Of a stretch of DNA of 64,000 nucleotides, positions 1 through 8,999 are shown piece by piece. Every line of letters starts with the position of its first letter. The first letter of the stretch is position 1. Under the pieces are notes generated by a model. It saw only the letters and a program-made list of their open reading frames with translations. It did no database searches and was not told the origin of the DNA. The translations under genes and the position numbers were made by a program. This DNA comes from a virus (lineage: Duplodnaviria > Caudoviricetes), in IMG/VR virus record IMGVR_UViG_2751185828_000002, one strand, 5' to 3'.

Positions 1-2
1 GT

Positions 3-602
3 TTCTACACGACCGGCCTGATCCTCCACCGGCCCGAGGAGGATTCGACCCAGAGGCGGTTGGAAATCGAGCTGCGCAACGGCCCCGCGCTGCCCGCGAA
101 GCTGGTGGACAAGGTCAAGGGCAAATGGGTCGAGATCAACCCGATGAACGAGCGGCTCGTGCGCCCCGAGGTCGGCGCGAAGCATGACGCCGAGCGCGAT
201 CGCAAGCGGGACGTGATCCTCTCGATCCTGCTCGACGAGGCCGCCGAGGGGCGGCTCTACACCATCAACCAGTTCGCCGAAGCCTTCGAGAACAAAGGCG
301 GTCTGGGCGGCAAGGACACGATCCGCGACCGGATCGCGGTTCAAGCCACCAAGGGCGCCATCAAGTTCATCCGTGACGGCGCGCCATACGGGCTTGGGCC
401 TTCGCGCTCGCGCTTCGGATACCTCTGCGTCGAGGGGATGGTCATGCCCACGGACGGCGAGGATGTCGATCCGGCGACCGGCGAGGTCACCCCCGCCAGC
501 ATCGCAGTGCTGCCCACCCATTACAAATCGCCGCAGACCGGGGCGCTGCTCGAGGTCGAGAACCCTCAGGTCTGGGTCTATCCGGAGGGGGAACGGCCAT
601 GA
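3..602 (+). CDS. C-terminal part of phage AAA ATPase / primase-helicase (5' end outside window)
   Basis: Frame is open from position 3 (FYTTGLILHRPEEDSTQRRLEIELRNGPALP...) into ORF 60..602. Position before a RuvC-like gene fits a phage replication protein; the family is recalled, not searched. Confidence 0.5.
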   Translation, partial: FYTTGLILHRPEEDSTQRRLEIELRNGPALPAKLVDKVKGKWVEINPMNERLVRPEVGAKHDAERDRKRDVILSILLDEAAEGRLYTINQFAEAFENKGGLGGKDTIRDRIAVQATKGAIKFIRDGAPYGLGPSRSRFGYLCVEGMVMPTDGEDVDPATGEVTPASIAVLPTHYKSPQTGALLEVENPQVWVYPEGERP

Positions 603-641
603 TCGCCCCGGCAGATCGTTCTGCGCAGAATTGCGCAGGGG

Positions 642-875
642 CCAGTTTGAACCAGATGCGGGGCCTTGCCGAAACTGCCCCGCCATCCGTTCGCGAACAT
701 GCGCAAACGCCCGCTGTGATCAGTTTCGGCCCGCTTCCGAAACTGCCCCTTCAGGATTGCGCTAGGACCGCAACGGCTACGCTGCACCCAGTTTCGGCCG
801 GGTCAGGCGCAAGCGCACTCCCGAAACTGGAATTCCCTTTTTCTGTCAGTGTGTTGCTGCGGTTTTCCAGTTTAG
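642..875. repeat. Array of CCGAAACTG / CAGTTTCGG motifs in alternating orientation (iteron-like)
   Basis: CCGAAACTG at 669, 737 and 821; CAGTTTCGG at 721 and 789; variants CCAGTTTGA at 642 and CCAGTTTAG at 867. Confidence 0.75.
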
Positions 876-1068
876 GGGGTGAAACCACCCCCTACGGGGG
901 TGGGGGAGAACGCCGCAGGCGGGTTCTCCCACGCCCACCCCCGGGGGTTCGCGCGCGTGGCTCGTCCCCGCCCAAATCTCCCGATCCGACGACGGCGGCC
1001 CCGTACCGCCAAGCACCAGACCGCCGTCGTCTTCCACCCGAGCAGCCAACCAGAAGAGGAGACCACCC

Positions 1069-1605
1069 ATGGCTGACCTGAATCTCGCCACACACTGCCG
1101 CGAGGCAATCCCCGATCTGCCACCCGTATCCCGATCCAACAGGTCGATGCTGGCCCTTGACCTCGGCACCGCGACGGGCTGGGCGCTGCATGGCATCGAC
1201 GGGCTGATCACCTCCGGCACGGTGTCCTTCCGCCCTGGCCGGTTCGATGGCGGCGGCATGCGGTATCTCCGCTTCACCAACTGGCTGACCGAGATCGATC
1301 GGCTGTCCGGGCCCGTCGCCGCCATCTGGTTCGAGGAGGTCCGCCGCCACGCGGCCACCGACGCGGCCCATGTCTATGGCGGGCTGATGGCCACGCTGAC
1401 CGCATGGGCCGAACTGCGCGGCATTCCCTACGAAGGCGTCCCGGTCGGCACGATCAAGCGCCACGCCACCGGCAAGGGCAACGCGCCGAAGGAGGCGATG
1501 ATCGCCGCGGCCCGCGCCCGCGGTTTCAGCCCCGCCGACGACAACGAGGCCGACGCCATCGCGATCCTGCTCTGGGCGCTGGAGACCAAGGGGGGCCTGC
1601 AATGA
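1069..1605 (+). CDS. RuvC-like Holliday junction resolvase (phage type)
   Basis: MLALDLGTATGWA (first acidic residue), IWFEEV, PVGTIKRHATGKGNA and DNEADAIAI match phage RuvC-like motifs. Confidence 0.7.
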   Translation: MADLNLATHCREAIPDLPPVSRSNRSMLALDLGTATGWALHGIDGLITSGTVSFRPGRFDGGGMRYLRFTNWLTEIDRLSGPVAAIWFEEVRRHAATDAAHVYGGLMATLTAWAELRGIPYEGVPVGTIKRHATGKGNAPKEAMIAAARARGFSPADDNEADAIAILLWALETKGGLQ

Positions 1606-1799
1606 GGCGGTTTCCCCGTGGCTATGGCGGCGAGCGCCGCAACCCCGAACAGGTCAAGCGCGACGGCTGGAAGGAGCAACGCGTGTTCGCAGTTTCCCTT
1701 GACGACCAGAGACTTACTTGGCCTGAGCGGGAGCTGGTGCGGCAACTCGGCGAGCGTCTTTACGGCGCGCGCCCAACACAACGAGAGGTGAGGAAATGA
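1602..1799 (+). CDS. Small phage hypothetical protein (65 aa)
   Basis: ATG at 1602 overlaps the previous stop and its stop overlaps the next ATG (ATGA coupling at both ends). Confidence 0.6.
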   Translation: MRRFPRGYGGERRNPEQVKRDGWKEQRVFAVSLDDQRLTWPERELVRQLGERLYGARPTQREVRK

Positions 1800-2224
1800 C
1801 CCATTGGACACCAGCCGACGTGGAGGCGCGGCTCTCCGAGGCGGGGATGATCCTGCGCCGTCTGCCGGAGCCCCGGCGCAACGGATACTTCAGCACATGG
1901 CCCGAGATCGTCCACGGATTCGCGGACAAGGTGGGCCAGGAGCCGAAGCCCATGCGCGTCTCGCCCTCGCCGCGGGACATCGCGCGGATGGAGGAGACGC
2001 TAACTTGGACGAACTGCCTCGAGCCCATCGACGGCAAGATCGTCTGGATGAAGGCGCATGACGAGCGCTGGAAGAACATCTGCTGGCACGTCGGTCTCTG
2101 CCACGCCGCTGCGCACCAGCACTGGCGCTACGGGCTGTCGCTCATCGCGCTGAACCTCAACAGGCGGCCCTTCAACCGGAAACTGCCGATCCTCGAGATC
2201 ATCAAGCTTGCGCGCAGCCAGTAG
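1796..2224 (+). CDS. DUF6362-like phage protein (possible late regulator)
   Basis: MTHWTPADVEARLSEAG...YFSTWPEIVH resembles a conserved alphaproteobacterial prophage family (recalled). Confidence 0.55.
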   Translation: MTHWTPADVEARLSEAGMILRRLPEPRRNGYFSTWPEIVHGFADKVGQEPKPMRVSPSPRDIARMEETLTWTNCLEPIDGKIVWMKAHDERWKNICWHVGLCHAAAHQHWRYGLSLIALNLNRRPFNRKLPILEIIKLARSQ

Positions 2225-2425
2225 GAAAGTCTCGTGTAGAGGGTTTTCGCGCAGACAAAAACGCCTCTCCCGGGCTAGAAAGTGGATATGCTCGGGAGAG
2301 GCGCGCGCGGCGCAGACCCGAACGAAACCATCCTTTCGTTGGTGAGGGCCGTTGGAAAAGGAAAGGCGCTGATCCTTTCCTTGCGGGCCGCTGTCCGCCC
2401 CCGCCAAGCCCTCAGCCGACTTCGC

Positions 2426-2481
2426 GGTTCCTTCTGCGCGACATTCGTATGCTGGCGGGCGAAGCGCGGGACTTCGCCAGC
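2426..2481 (+). other. Candidate cos-like packaging site
   Basis: GGTTCCT (one mismatch to lambda cosQ GGGTCCT), then CGTATGC, then a GCTGGCG...CGCCAGC dyad (2451-2481), intergenic and upstream of a gpA-type terminase module. Confidence 0.3.
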
Positions 2482-2667
2482 GTCAGGGTCGGATTTTTGG
2501 GAAGCCAGCCAGAATCCGGATCCACCCGCCTCCCGCACCAACCCCAATGAACGCTGGCCTTCGGGCCGGACACCCCGGATGCCGCTGGACCCCGCGTGGA
2601 GTCCAGCGCGGCATCCAGTGTCCGGAGTCCGGTCAGCATCCACCTGAACACCGGAAACCGCCCGCCC

Positions 2668-3987
2668 ATGACGCTGAGCTTCGCCCCCGAGCGGATCGAG
2701 ATGTGGCCGCTGTCGCGCCTGCAGCCCTACGCGAAGAACGCGAAGGCGCACGGGCCGGACCAGGTCGCCAAGATCGCCGCCAGCATGGCCGAGTTCGGCT
2801 GGACCGTGCCGTGCCTCGTGGCAGAGGACGGCGAGCTGATTGCGGGCCATGGCCGGGTGCTGGCCGCCACGCAGCTTGGACTGACAGAGGCGCCGGTCAT
2901 CGTGCTCGGGCATCTGACCGAGGCGCAGCGGCGGGCCTATCGCATCGCGGACAACAAGCTGACCGAACTCGGCACCTGGGACGAGGCGCTGCTGTCGTCG
3001 GAACTGAACGAACTGCTGGCCGAGGATTTCGACCTGTCGCTGGTCGGCTTTTCCGACGGCGAGTTGGACAAGCTGCTGGCCTACGTCGCGGAAGACGACG
3101 GTGAAGAAGGTGGCGCCGGGGGCTCCGTGCCGCCGGTGACCATCCCCGAGCCGCCGCGCAACCCGGCGTCGCGGACGGGCGACCTGTGGATCCTCGGCGA
3201 CAATCGCCTCCTGTGCGGCGACAGCACCAGCGCTGCCGACGTGCGCCGCCTGATGAACGGCGAGCGCGCGATCCTGTTCGCCACCGACCCGCCGTATCTC
3301 GTCGATTACGACGGGTCCAACCATCCGACCCGCAACAAGGACTGGTCGGCGTCCTACGGCACGACCTGGGACGACAGTTCGCAGGGTGCGGAGCTCTACG
3401 ACGGCTTCATCGCCGCCGCTGTGGCGGAAGCCATCGCCGAGGACGCCGCCTGGTACTGCTGGCACGCCTCGCGTCGCCAGGCGATGCTCGAAGCCTGCTG
3501 GGAGAAGGCCGGGGCGTTCGTCCACCAGCAGATCATCTGGGTGAAGGACCGCGGTGTCCTGACCCGGTCGCACTACCTCTGGAAACACGAACCCTGCTTC
3601 ATGGGCTGGCGCCGTCCGAACCGTCCGCCGAAGGTGGCCGAGGAAACGCTACCGTCAACTTGGGCGCTGCCCAGCTTCGCCAAGGACGACCGACCCGACC
3701 ACCCGACACCGAAGCCGCTTGACGCCTTCGGGATCCCGATGCGCCAGCACGTTGCGCGCGGCGGCCTATGCTACGAACCGTTTTCCGGCTCGGGCTCACA
3801 GATCATGGCGGGCGAGGCCAACGGCCGCCGCGTCTTCGCAATGGAGATCAGCCCCGCCTATGTCGATGTCGCCGTGGAACGCTGGCAGGCCGAGACTGGC
3901 CGCGACGCGATCCTCGAAGGCGACGGCCGGACCTTCGCCGAGGTGAAGGCCGAGCGGCTGGGCGACAAGGCCGATGCCGCCGCCTGA
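2668..3987 (+). CDS. ParB-like N-terminal domain fused to amino (N6-A/N4-C) DNA methyltransferase
   Basis: N-terminal LIAGHGRVLAA...YRIADNKL (ParB/Srx); catalytic TDPPY; HPTPKP; SAM-binding YEPFSGSGS. Confidence 0.9.
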   Translation: MTLSFAPERIEMWPLSRLQPYAKNAKAHGPDQVAKIAASMAEFGWTVPCLVAEDGELIAGHGRVLAATQLGLTEAPVIVLGHLTEAQRRAYRIADNKLTELGTWDEALLSSELNELLAEDFDLSLVGFSDGELDKLLAYVAEDDGEEGGAGGSVPPVTIPEPPRNPASRTGDLWILGDNRLLCGDSTSAADVRRLMNGERAILFATDPPYLVDYDGSNHPTRNKDWSASYGTTWDDSSQGAELYDGFIAAAVAEAIAEDAAWYCWHASRRQAMLEACWEKAGAFVHQQIIWVKDRGVLTRSHYLWKHEPCFMGWRRPNRPPKVAEETLPSTWALPSFAKDDRPDHPTPKPLDAFGIPMRQHVARGGLCYEPFSGSGSQIMAGEANGRRVFAMEISPAYVDVAVERWQAETGRDAILEGDGRTFAEVKAERLGDKADAAA

Positions 3988-4970
3988 TGGCCGTCTACTA
4001 CAACGATGCCGATCCCGCGGCCTGCGCCTGGCTGCGGGAACTGATCTCGGCCGGGCTCCTGCCTGCTGGCGAGGTGGACGAGCGCTCCATCCTCAAGGTG
4101 GAGCCCGCTGACCTGCGCGGCTTCGCGCAATGCCATTTCTTCGCCGGGATCGGCGGCTGGCCCTACGCCCTGCGCCTCGCAGGTGTCGCCAAGGAACTGT
4201 CCGTCTGGACCGGATCACCACCCTGCCAGCCTTTCAGCCAGGCCGGGCAGCGCAAGTGACAGGATGATGACCGCCACCTCGCCCCGGCCTTCCTGCGTCT
4301 CGTCGCAGCCTGCCGTCCGGAGCTCGTCTTCGGCGAGCAGGTCGCGAGCGCGGCAGTGCTCGGACCGGTTGGCAGCGCGGCTCGAACAGCGGCTGAGGAT
4401 CCGGCTGGCTGGGCGTGGTTCGACGCTCTGGCGGCTGACCTGGAAGCGGCATCTTACGCCGTCGCAGCGGCCGATCTGCCGGCTGCGGGCATCGGCGCGC
4501 CGCACATCCGTCAGCGCCTGTTCTTCGGCGCAGTCGCCCTCGATCCGAGCGGGCTGGGCGACGGCCTCAGCGCGGGATCACAAGGACGGCTCGGAATGCC
4601 ATGCGGTCCCGATCAACGCGCTGCTCGGCCGGCAGGTCTGGCTGGCGGGGTGGCCGGCGACGATGGCGGGCTCGCCCGCCACGGAGCGCTACAACGCGGC
4701 CGGCAACACCGATGCGAGTCGCAGGACGGTGAAGCTGGTCGACTGGTCGACCGCGCCGACCCTGCCGGGTCCAATGCGACGGACGGCGTCTGGCGAGATC
4801 CGGACTGGCTCCTCTGCCGCGATGGGTGCTGGCGGTCCGCTGAGCCCGGAACATTCCCGCTGGCTGATGGGATACCCGGCCGCATGGGGCTCTTGCGGGG
4901 CTACGGCAATGCGATCGTGCCGCCGCTCGCGGCGGAATTCGTGACGGCGTTTCTGGAGAGCCTGCGATGA
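3987..4970 (+). pseudogene. C5-cytosine methyltransferase alpha chain with in-frame TGA at 4257-4259
   Basis: FFAGIGG (motif I), TGSPPCQPFS (IV), then K-stop-QDDDRHLAP...FGEQV (VI) in the same frame, ending LRGYGNAIV (X). Confidence 0.85.
4264..4944 (+). CDS. Putative beta chain of split C5 methyltransferase, nested in the +1 frame of the alpha gene
   Basis: Open frame of 227+ codons inside the alpha gene, ending PLSPEHSRWLMGYPAAW (motif IX-like, missing from the alpha frame). Start uncertain (4183 GTG or 4264 ATG). Confidence 0.6.
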   Translation: MMTATSPRPSCVSSQPAVRSSSSASRSRARQCSDRLAARLEQRLRIRLAGRGSTLWRLTWKRHLTPSQRPICRLRASARRTSVSACSSAQSPSIRAGWATASARDHKDGSECHAVPINALLGRQVWLAGWPATMAGSPATERYNAAGNTDASRRTVKLVDWSTAPTLPGPMRRTASGEIRTGSSAAMGAGGPLSPEHSRWLMGYPAAWGSCGATAMRSCRRSRRNS

Positions 4971-5191
4971 AGCAGAGCCGGGTCATGTCGATGGTCGAGG
5001 CCGTGACGAATGTCGTTGTCGGCTACGTGTTGGCCATCGGCACGCAAATCGTGGTGTTTCCGTGGTTCGGGATCGAGACGGGGCTGGCCGAGCATCTGAC
5101 CATCGGCCTCGCCTTCGTCGGGGTCTCTCTGGCGCGCGGTTACCTCCTGCGACGGCTGTTCGAGGCGATCCGGATGCGGAGCGCAGAATGA
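4967..5191 (+). CDS. Small two-TM phage membrane protein
   Basis: 74 aa with two hydrophobic segments; start overlaps the upstream stop. Confidence 0.7.
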   Translation: MKQSRVMSMVEAVTNVVVGYVLAIGTQIVVFPWFGIETGLAEHLTIGLAFVGVSLARGYLLRRLFEAIRMRSAE

Positions 5192-5243
5192 AGAACCGCC
5201 GCCCGAGGGTTGGCGGCGGCATCGGTTTCTTGGGGCGCTGGCG

Positions 5244-5813
5244 TCAGTCACAGATGGCGTAGACGCGACCTCTTCCCTCGACCTTCTCGGAGGTGATGGT
5301 CAGGCCGAGCTTCTTTTTCAGCGCACCGGACATGGCGCCCCTCGCGGTGTGCGGCAACCATCCAGTGGCCGCCACGATCTCGTCTAGGGTCGCCCCCTCG
5401 GGCGCGCGCAGCATGGCGATCAGCGTGGCCTGCTTGGTGCCCTCGCGCGGCGTGCGCGCCTTGGGCGCGGCTTCGGTTTCGGTGGCGGCCTCCGGCGCGG
5501 GCTGCTCGGTCGGCGCGTCAGTCGCGCCCACAGGCGCGGGGTTCGCGTCCTCGGTCTCGATGCCGATGGCGGCGAACCCTGCGTCGGTGGCGACCAGAGT
5601 GACTCCATGGCCGTCGCCGCTCTCGCGCCAGACGGGTTCGCCCTTGCGCACGTTGGCGTCGACCTCCTGCAGGAAGCCCTTGGCGAGCAGCGCGCCGACC
5701 ACCTTGGCGGCGGCGCCACCGCGCAGGCTCTCGGGCAGCGGCAGGGCGATGTGCTCGGGCCGCTGAGCGGCGGCGCTCAGGATCAGGGCTTGGGTGTCGG
5801 AAAGCTTGGTCAT
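5244..5813 (-). CDS. DUF3489 domain protein (wHTH-like C-terminus)
   Basis: REGTKQATLIAMLRAPEGATLDEIVAATGWLPHTARGAMSG is the recognisable DUF3489 signature. Confidence 0.8.
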   Translation of the reverse strand: MTKLSDTQALILSAAAQRPEHIALPLPESLRGGAAAKVVGALLAKGFLQEVDANVRKGEPVWRESGDGHGVTLVATDAGFAAIGIETEDANPAPVGATDAPTEQPAPEAATETEAAPKARTPREGTKQATLIAMLRAPEGATLDEIVAATGWLPHTARGAMSGALKKKLGLTITSEKVEGRGRVYAICD

Positions 5814-5903
5814 CGTCGTCTCCCGTATCGGGGCGCGCAGGATGCGGGCCCTTCTACGAGGTCGAGCCCGCCAGTCGGCGGGCAGGACCGCGAGCGGGTC
5901 GTC

Positions 5904-6128
5904 TCACTCGGCGTGTTCGCCTTCGCTGAAGGCCATGTCGGTGATCTCGCGCAGCTTGGCGCGATAGTGGTTCAGGGTGCCGACATGGCCCCAGTTGATC
6001 TCATCGGGGCTGGTCTCGAAGTGGTCGGCGCTGAGGGCGGCGAGCCGCTCCAGCATCGCGTCGATCTCCGTCTTCGCGGCGATGAAGGCGTCGAGGGCTT
6101 TCGTGTTGTCGGTCGCGCGGCGGGTCAT
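5904..6128 (-). CDS. Conserved small prophage hypothetical protein
   Basis: 74 aa ORF (ALDAFIAAKTEIDAMLERL...INWGHVG) co-oriented with DUF3489; RBS GGAG upstream. Confidence 0.7.
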   Translation of the reverse strand: MTRRATDNTKALDAFIAAKTEIDAMLERLAALSADHFETSPDEINWGHVGTLNHYRAKLREITDMAFSEGEHAE

Positions 6129-6239
6129 CTTGGTGGCTCCTTGGTGAGTTGCATCGCTTCTTTGAAGTGACGTTCGCTCCGCTGGCGAGGCTTATCAACT
6201 CGATAAGCACATGAATCTGAATGATAATCGGAGCCGTCG

Positions 6240-6836
6240 ATGCAGGGCATGAGCGAGCGCCAGTACGCCGCCCATGTCGGGCTGTCGCGGGGCGCGATCC
6301 AGAAGGCGAAGACGGCCGAGCGGCTGGTGCTCTATCCCGACGGCAGCATCAACGCGGCCGCCAGCGACGCTAGACGGGCCGAGACAACGGACCCGTCGAA
6401 GACGAGAAAGCCGCCCGCGCCGAAGCTGAAGCCCGTCCCTGAGGCTGCCGTGGCCGCCGTCGGCGACACGCTGCGCGAACAGGGGCTGGCTGTTCCGGCG
6501 GTGGGCGGCGGCACAACCTTCCTGCAGGCCAAGACCGCGAACGAAGTGCTGAAGGCACAGGAGCGGCGCATCCGTCTGCAGAAGCTGAAGGGGGAGTTGA
6601 TCGAGCGGGCCCGCGCGCTGGCGCTGGTGTTCCGGCTGGCGCGGGAGGAACGGGACACGTGGGTGACCTGGCCTGCACGAGCGGCGGCGCTAATGGCGGC
6701 CGAGCTTTCGGCCTCGTGCCGCGACGCGACAGGCTCGCAGATCACCGTGGAGCCAGCCGCGATGCAGAAGGTCCTGGAAAAGCATGTACGCGCCCACCTC
6801 GACGAACTCGCCGAGGTCCGGCCCGACTTCCGGTGA
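6240..6836 (+). CDS. Terminase small subunit (Nu1-like)
   Basis: N-terminal HTH (MSERQYAAHVGLSRGAIQKA) and coiled coil, directly upstream of the large subunit. Confidence 0.75.
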   Translation: MQGMSERQYAAHVGLSRGAIQKAKTAERLVLYPDGSINAAASDARRAETTDPSKTRKPPAPKLKPVPEAAVAAVGDTLREQGLAVPAVGGGTTFLQAKTANEVLKAQERRIRLQKLKGELIERARALALVFRLAREERDTWVTWPARAAALMAAELSASCRDATGSQITVEPAAMQKVLEKHVRAHLDELAEVRPDFR

Positions 6837-8787
6837 TGATGACGCACTGACGGATTTCGACGGCGCGGGCGAGATCCTGCGCGCCTGGGGCAACGGGCTG
6901 CGGCCCGACCCGGATCTGACCGTCTCGGAATGGGCCGACCGGCACCGGATGCTCTCGGGCCGCGCCTCGGCCGAAGCGGGGCGGTACCGCACCGCGCGCA
7001 CGCCCTACATGCGCGAGATCATGGACCGGCTCTCGCCCGGCGATCCCGCGCAGCGCGTCGTGTTCATGAAGGCGGCGCAGGTCGGCGCGACCGAGGCGGG
7101 CAACAACTGGATCGGGTTCGCCATCCACCAGGCGCCGGGGCCGATGCTGGCGGTCCAGCCGACGGTGGAACTGGCGAAACGGAACTCGCGCCAGCGGATC
7201 GACCCGCTGATCGACGAGAGCCCGGAGTTGCGGGAGCGGGTGAAGCCCGCGCGATCCCGCGATGCGGGCAACACCATGCTGTCGAAGGAGTTCGCGGGCG
7301 GCATCCTGATCATGACCGGGGCGAACTCGGCGGTCGGGCTGCGCTCGACCCCGGCGCGGTACATCTTCCTCGACGAGGTCGATGCCTATCCGGCCTCGGC
7401 CGACGAGGAAGGCGATCCGGTCACGCTGGCGGAAGCCCGGTCGCTGACCTTCGCCCACCGGCGCAAGGTGCTGCTGGTCTCCACGCCGACCATCCGGGGG
7501 CTGTCGCGCATCGAGCGGGAGTTCGAGGCGTCCGACCAGCGGCGCTACTTCGTGCCGTGCCCGCATTGCGGCGCCATGCAGTGGCTGAAGTTCGACCGGC
7601 TGCGCTGGCAAAAGGGCCGCCCGGAGACGGCGGAGTATCACTGCGAGGGCTGCGACGCGGCAATCGCGGAACACCACAAGACGGCGATGCTGGAGGGCGG
7701 CGAATGGCGGGCGACCGCCACCGCCGCCGATCCGACCACGGTCGGGTATCACCTCTCGGCGCTCTATTCGCCGATCGGCTGGCTGAGCTGGGAGCGGATC
7801 GTGCGGGCCTGGGACGCGGCACAGGGGTCGGACGAGGCGATCAAGGCGTTCCGCAACACCATCCTCGGCGAGACATGGGTCGAGACCGGGGAAGCCCCGG
7901 ACTGGCAGCGGCTCTATGACCGGCGCGAGCGGTGGACATCCGGCACGGTGCCCGCGGGCGGGCTGTTCCTGACCGCCGGTGCCGACGTGCAGAAGGACCG
8001 GATCGAGGTCGATGTCTGGGCTTGGGGCCGCGGGCTCGAGTCCTGGCTCGTCGATCATGTCGTCATCGAGGGCGGGCCCGACCGGCACGACGCGTGGTCG
8101 GAGCTGACCGCGCTGCTGGACAAAAGCTGGCCGCACGAACGCGGGGCGCATCTCAGGATCGTGCGGCTCGCCATCGACACGGGCTACGAGGCCCCGGCGG
8201 TCTATTCCTGGTCGCGGGCGCAAGGCTTCGCGCAGGTGTCGCCGGTGAAGGGCGTCGAGGGGTTCAACCGCTCGAGCCCCGTGTCGGGGCCCACCTTCGT
8301 CGACGCGACCGAGGGCGGGAAACGCCTGCGGCGCGGGGCGCGGCTCTGGACCGTGGCGGTCTCGACCTTCAAGGCCGAGACCTATCGCTTCCTGCGGCTG
8401 GCGCGGCCGACCGAAGAGGAGATGGCCGACGGGGCGGTGTTCCCGCCCGGCTCGGTGCATCTGCCGTATTGGGTCGAGAACGAATGGCTGAAGCAGTTCG
8501 TCGCGGAACAGCTGGTGACGGTGCGCACCAAGCGCGGCTTCGCCCGGCTGGAATGGCAGAAGCTCCGCGAGCGCAACGAGGCGCTGGATTGCCGGGTCTA
8601 TGCCCGCGCCGCCGCCTGGATCGCGGGCGCGGACCGCTGGTCTGAGGAGAAATGGCGCGACCTCGAGGATCAGCTCGGGGCCGCCCCCACCGACAGCGAT
8701 CCCGCCGGGCAGATCAACCGGCCGGGACAGGCCCCGCAGGGCAAACGCCGATCCGACTGGCTCGGGCGGCGCGGAGGATGGTTTTGA
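6784..8787 (+). CDS. Terminase large subunit, lambda gpA family
   Basis: VFMKAAQVGATE (Walker A variant), IFLDEVD (Walker B), STPT coupling motif, CPHC...CEGC zinc finger, GADVQ nuclease motif, NEALDC. Confidence 0.95.
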   Translation: MYAPTSTNSPRSGPTSGDDDALTDFDGAGEILRAWGNGLRPDPDLTVSEWADRHRMLSGRASAEAGRYRTARTPYMREIMDRLSPGDPAQRVVFMKAAQVGATEAGNNWIGFAIHQAPGPMLAVQPTVELAKRNSRQRIDPLIDESPELRERVKPARSRDAGNTMLSKEFAGGILIMTGANSAVGLRSTPARYIFLDEVDAYPASADEEGDPVTLAEARSLTFAHRRKVLLVSTPTIRGLSRIEREFEASDQRRYFVPCPHCGAMQWLKFDRLRWQKGRPETAEYHCEGCDAAIAEHHKTAMLEGGEWRATATAADPTTVGYHLSALYSPIGWLSWERIVRAWDAAQGSDEAIKAFRNTILGETWVETGEAPDWQRLYDRRERWTSGTVPAGGLFLTAGADVQKDRIEVDVWAWGRGLESWLVDHVVIEGGPDRHDAWSELTALLDKSWPHERGAHLRIVRLAIDTGYEAPAVYSWSRAQGFAQVSPVKGVEGFNRSSPVSGPTFVDATEGGKRLRRGARLWTVAVSTFKAETYRFLRLARPTEEEMADGAVFPPGSVHLPYWVENEWLKQFVAEQLVTVRTKRGFARLEWQKLRERNEALDCRVYARAAAWIAGADRWSEEKWRDLEDQLGAAPTDSDPAGQINRPGQAPQGKRRSDWLGRRGGWF

Positions 8788-8789
8788 AC

Positions 8790-8999
8790 ATGACCGACTG
8801 GACGGAAACCGAGCTATCGGCGCTGCGCCGGGCCTATGCCAGCGGCACGACGCGCGTCAGCTATGACGGCAAGTCGGTGGATTACGGCTCGGCTGAAGAC
8901 CTGCTGGCGCGCATCCGGACCATCGAACGCGCCATCGCGGGAACGACGCGGCCGCTGCCGGTTGCCGGGCTGGCTGGCTTCTCGCGCGGGGATCGGTGA
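8790..8999 (+). CDS. gpW-like head-tail joining protein
   Basis: 69 aa, LRRAYASGTTRVSYDGKSVDY; lies between terminase and portal as in lambda. Confidence 0.8.
   Translation: MTDWTETELSALRRAYASGTTRVSYDGKSVDYGSAEDLLARIRTIERAIAGTTRPLPVAGLAGFSRGDR

Noticed and set aside
599-1081. 160-aa ORF after the primase/helicase
   Set aside because: Its recurring PKL/ETA peptides come from the DNA repeat array and there is no recognisable domain; treated as probably non-coding.
4257-4259. Selenocysteine or readthrough at the in-frame TGA
   Set aside because: The position corresponds to Gly, not the catalytic Cys, in MTase homologues, and no SECIS-like hairpin was recognised; simple nonsense is more parsimonious.
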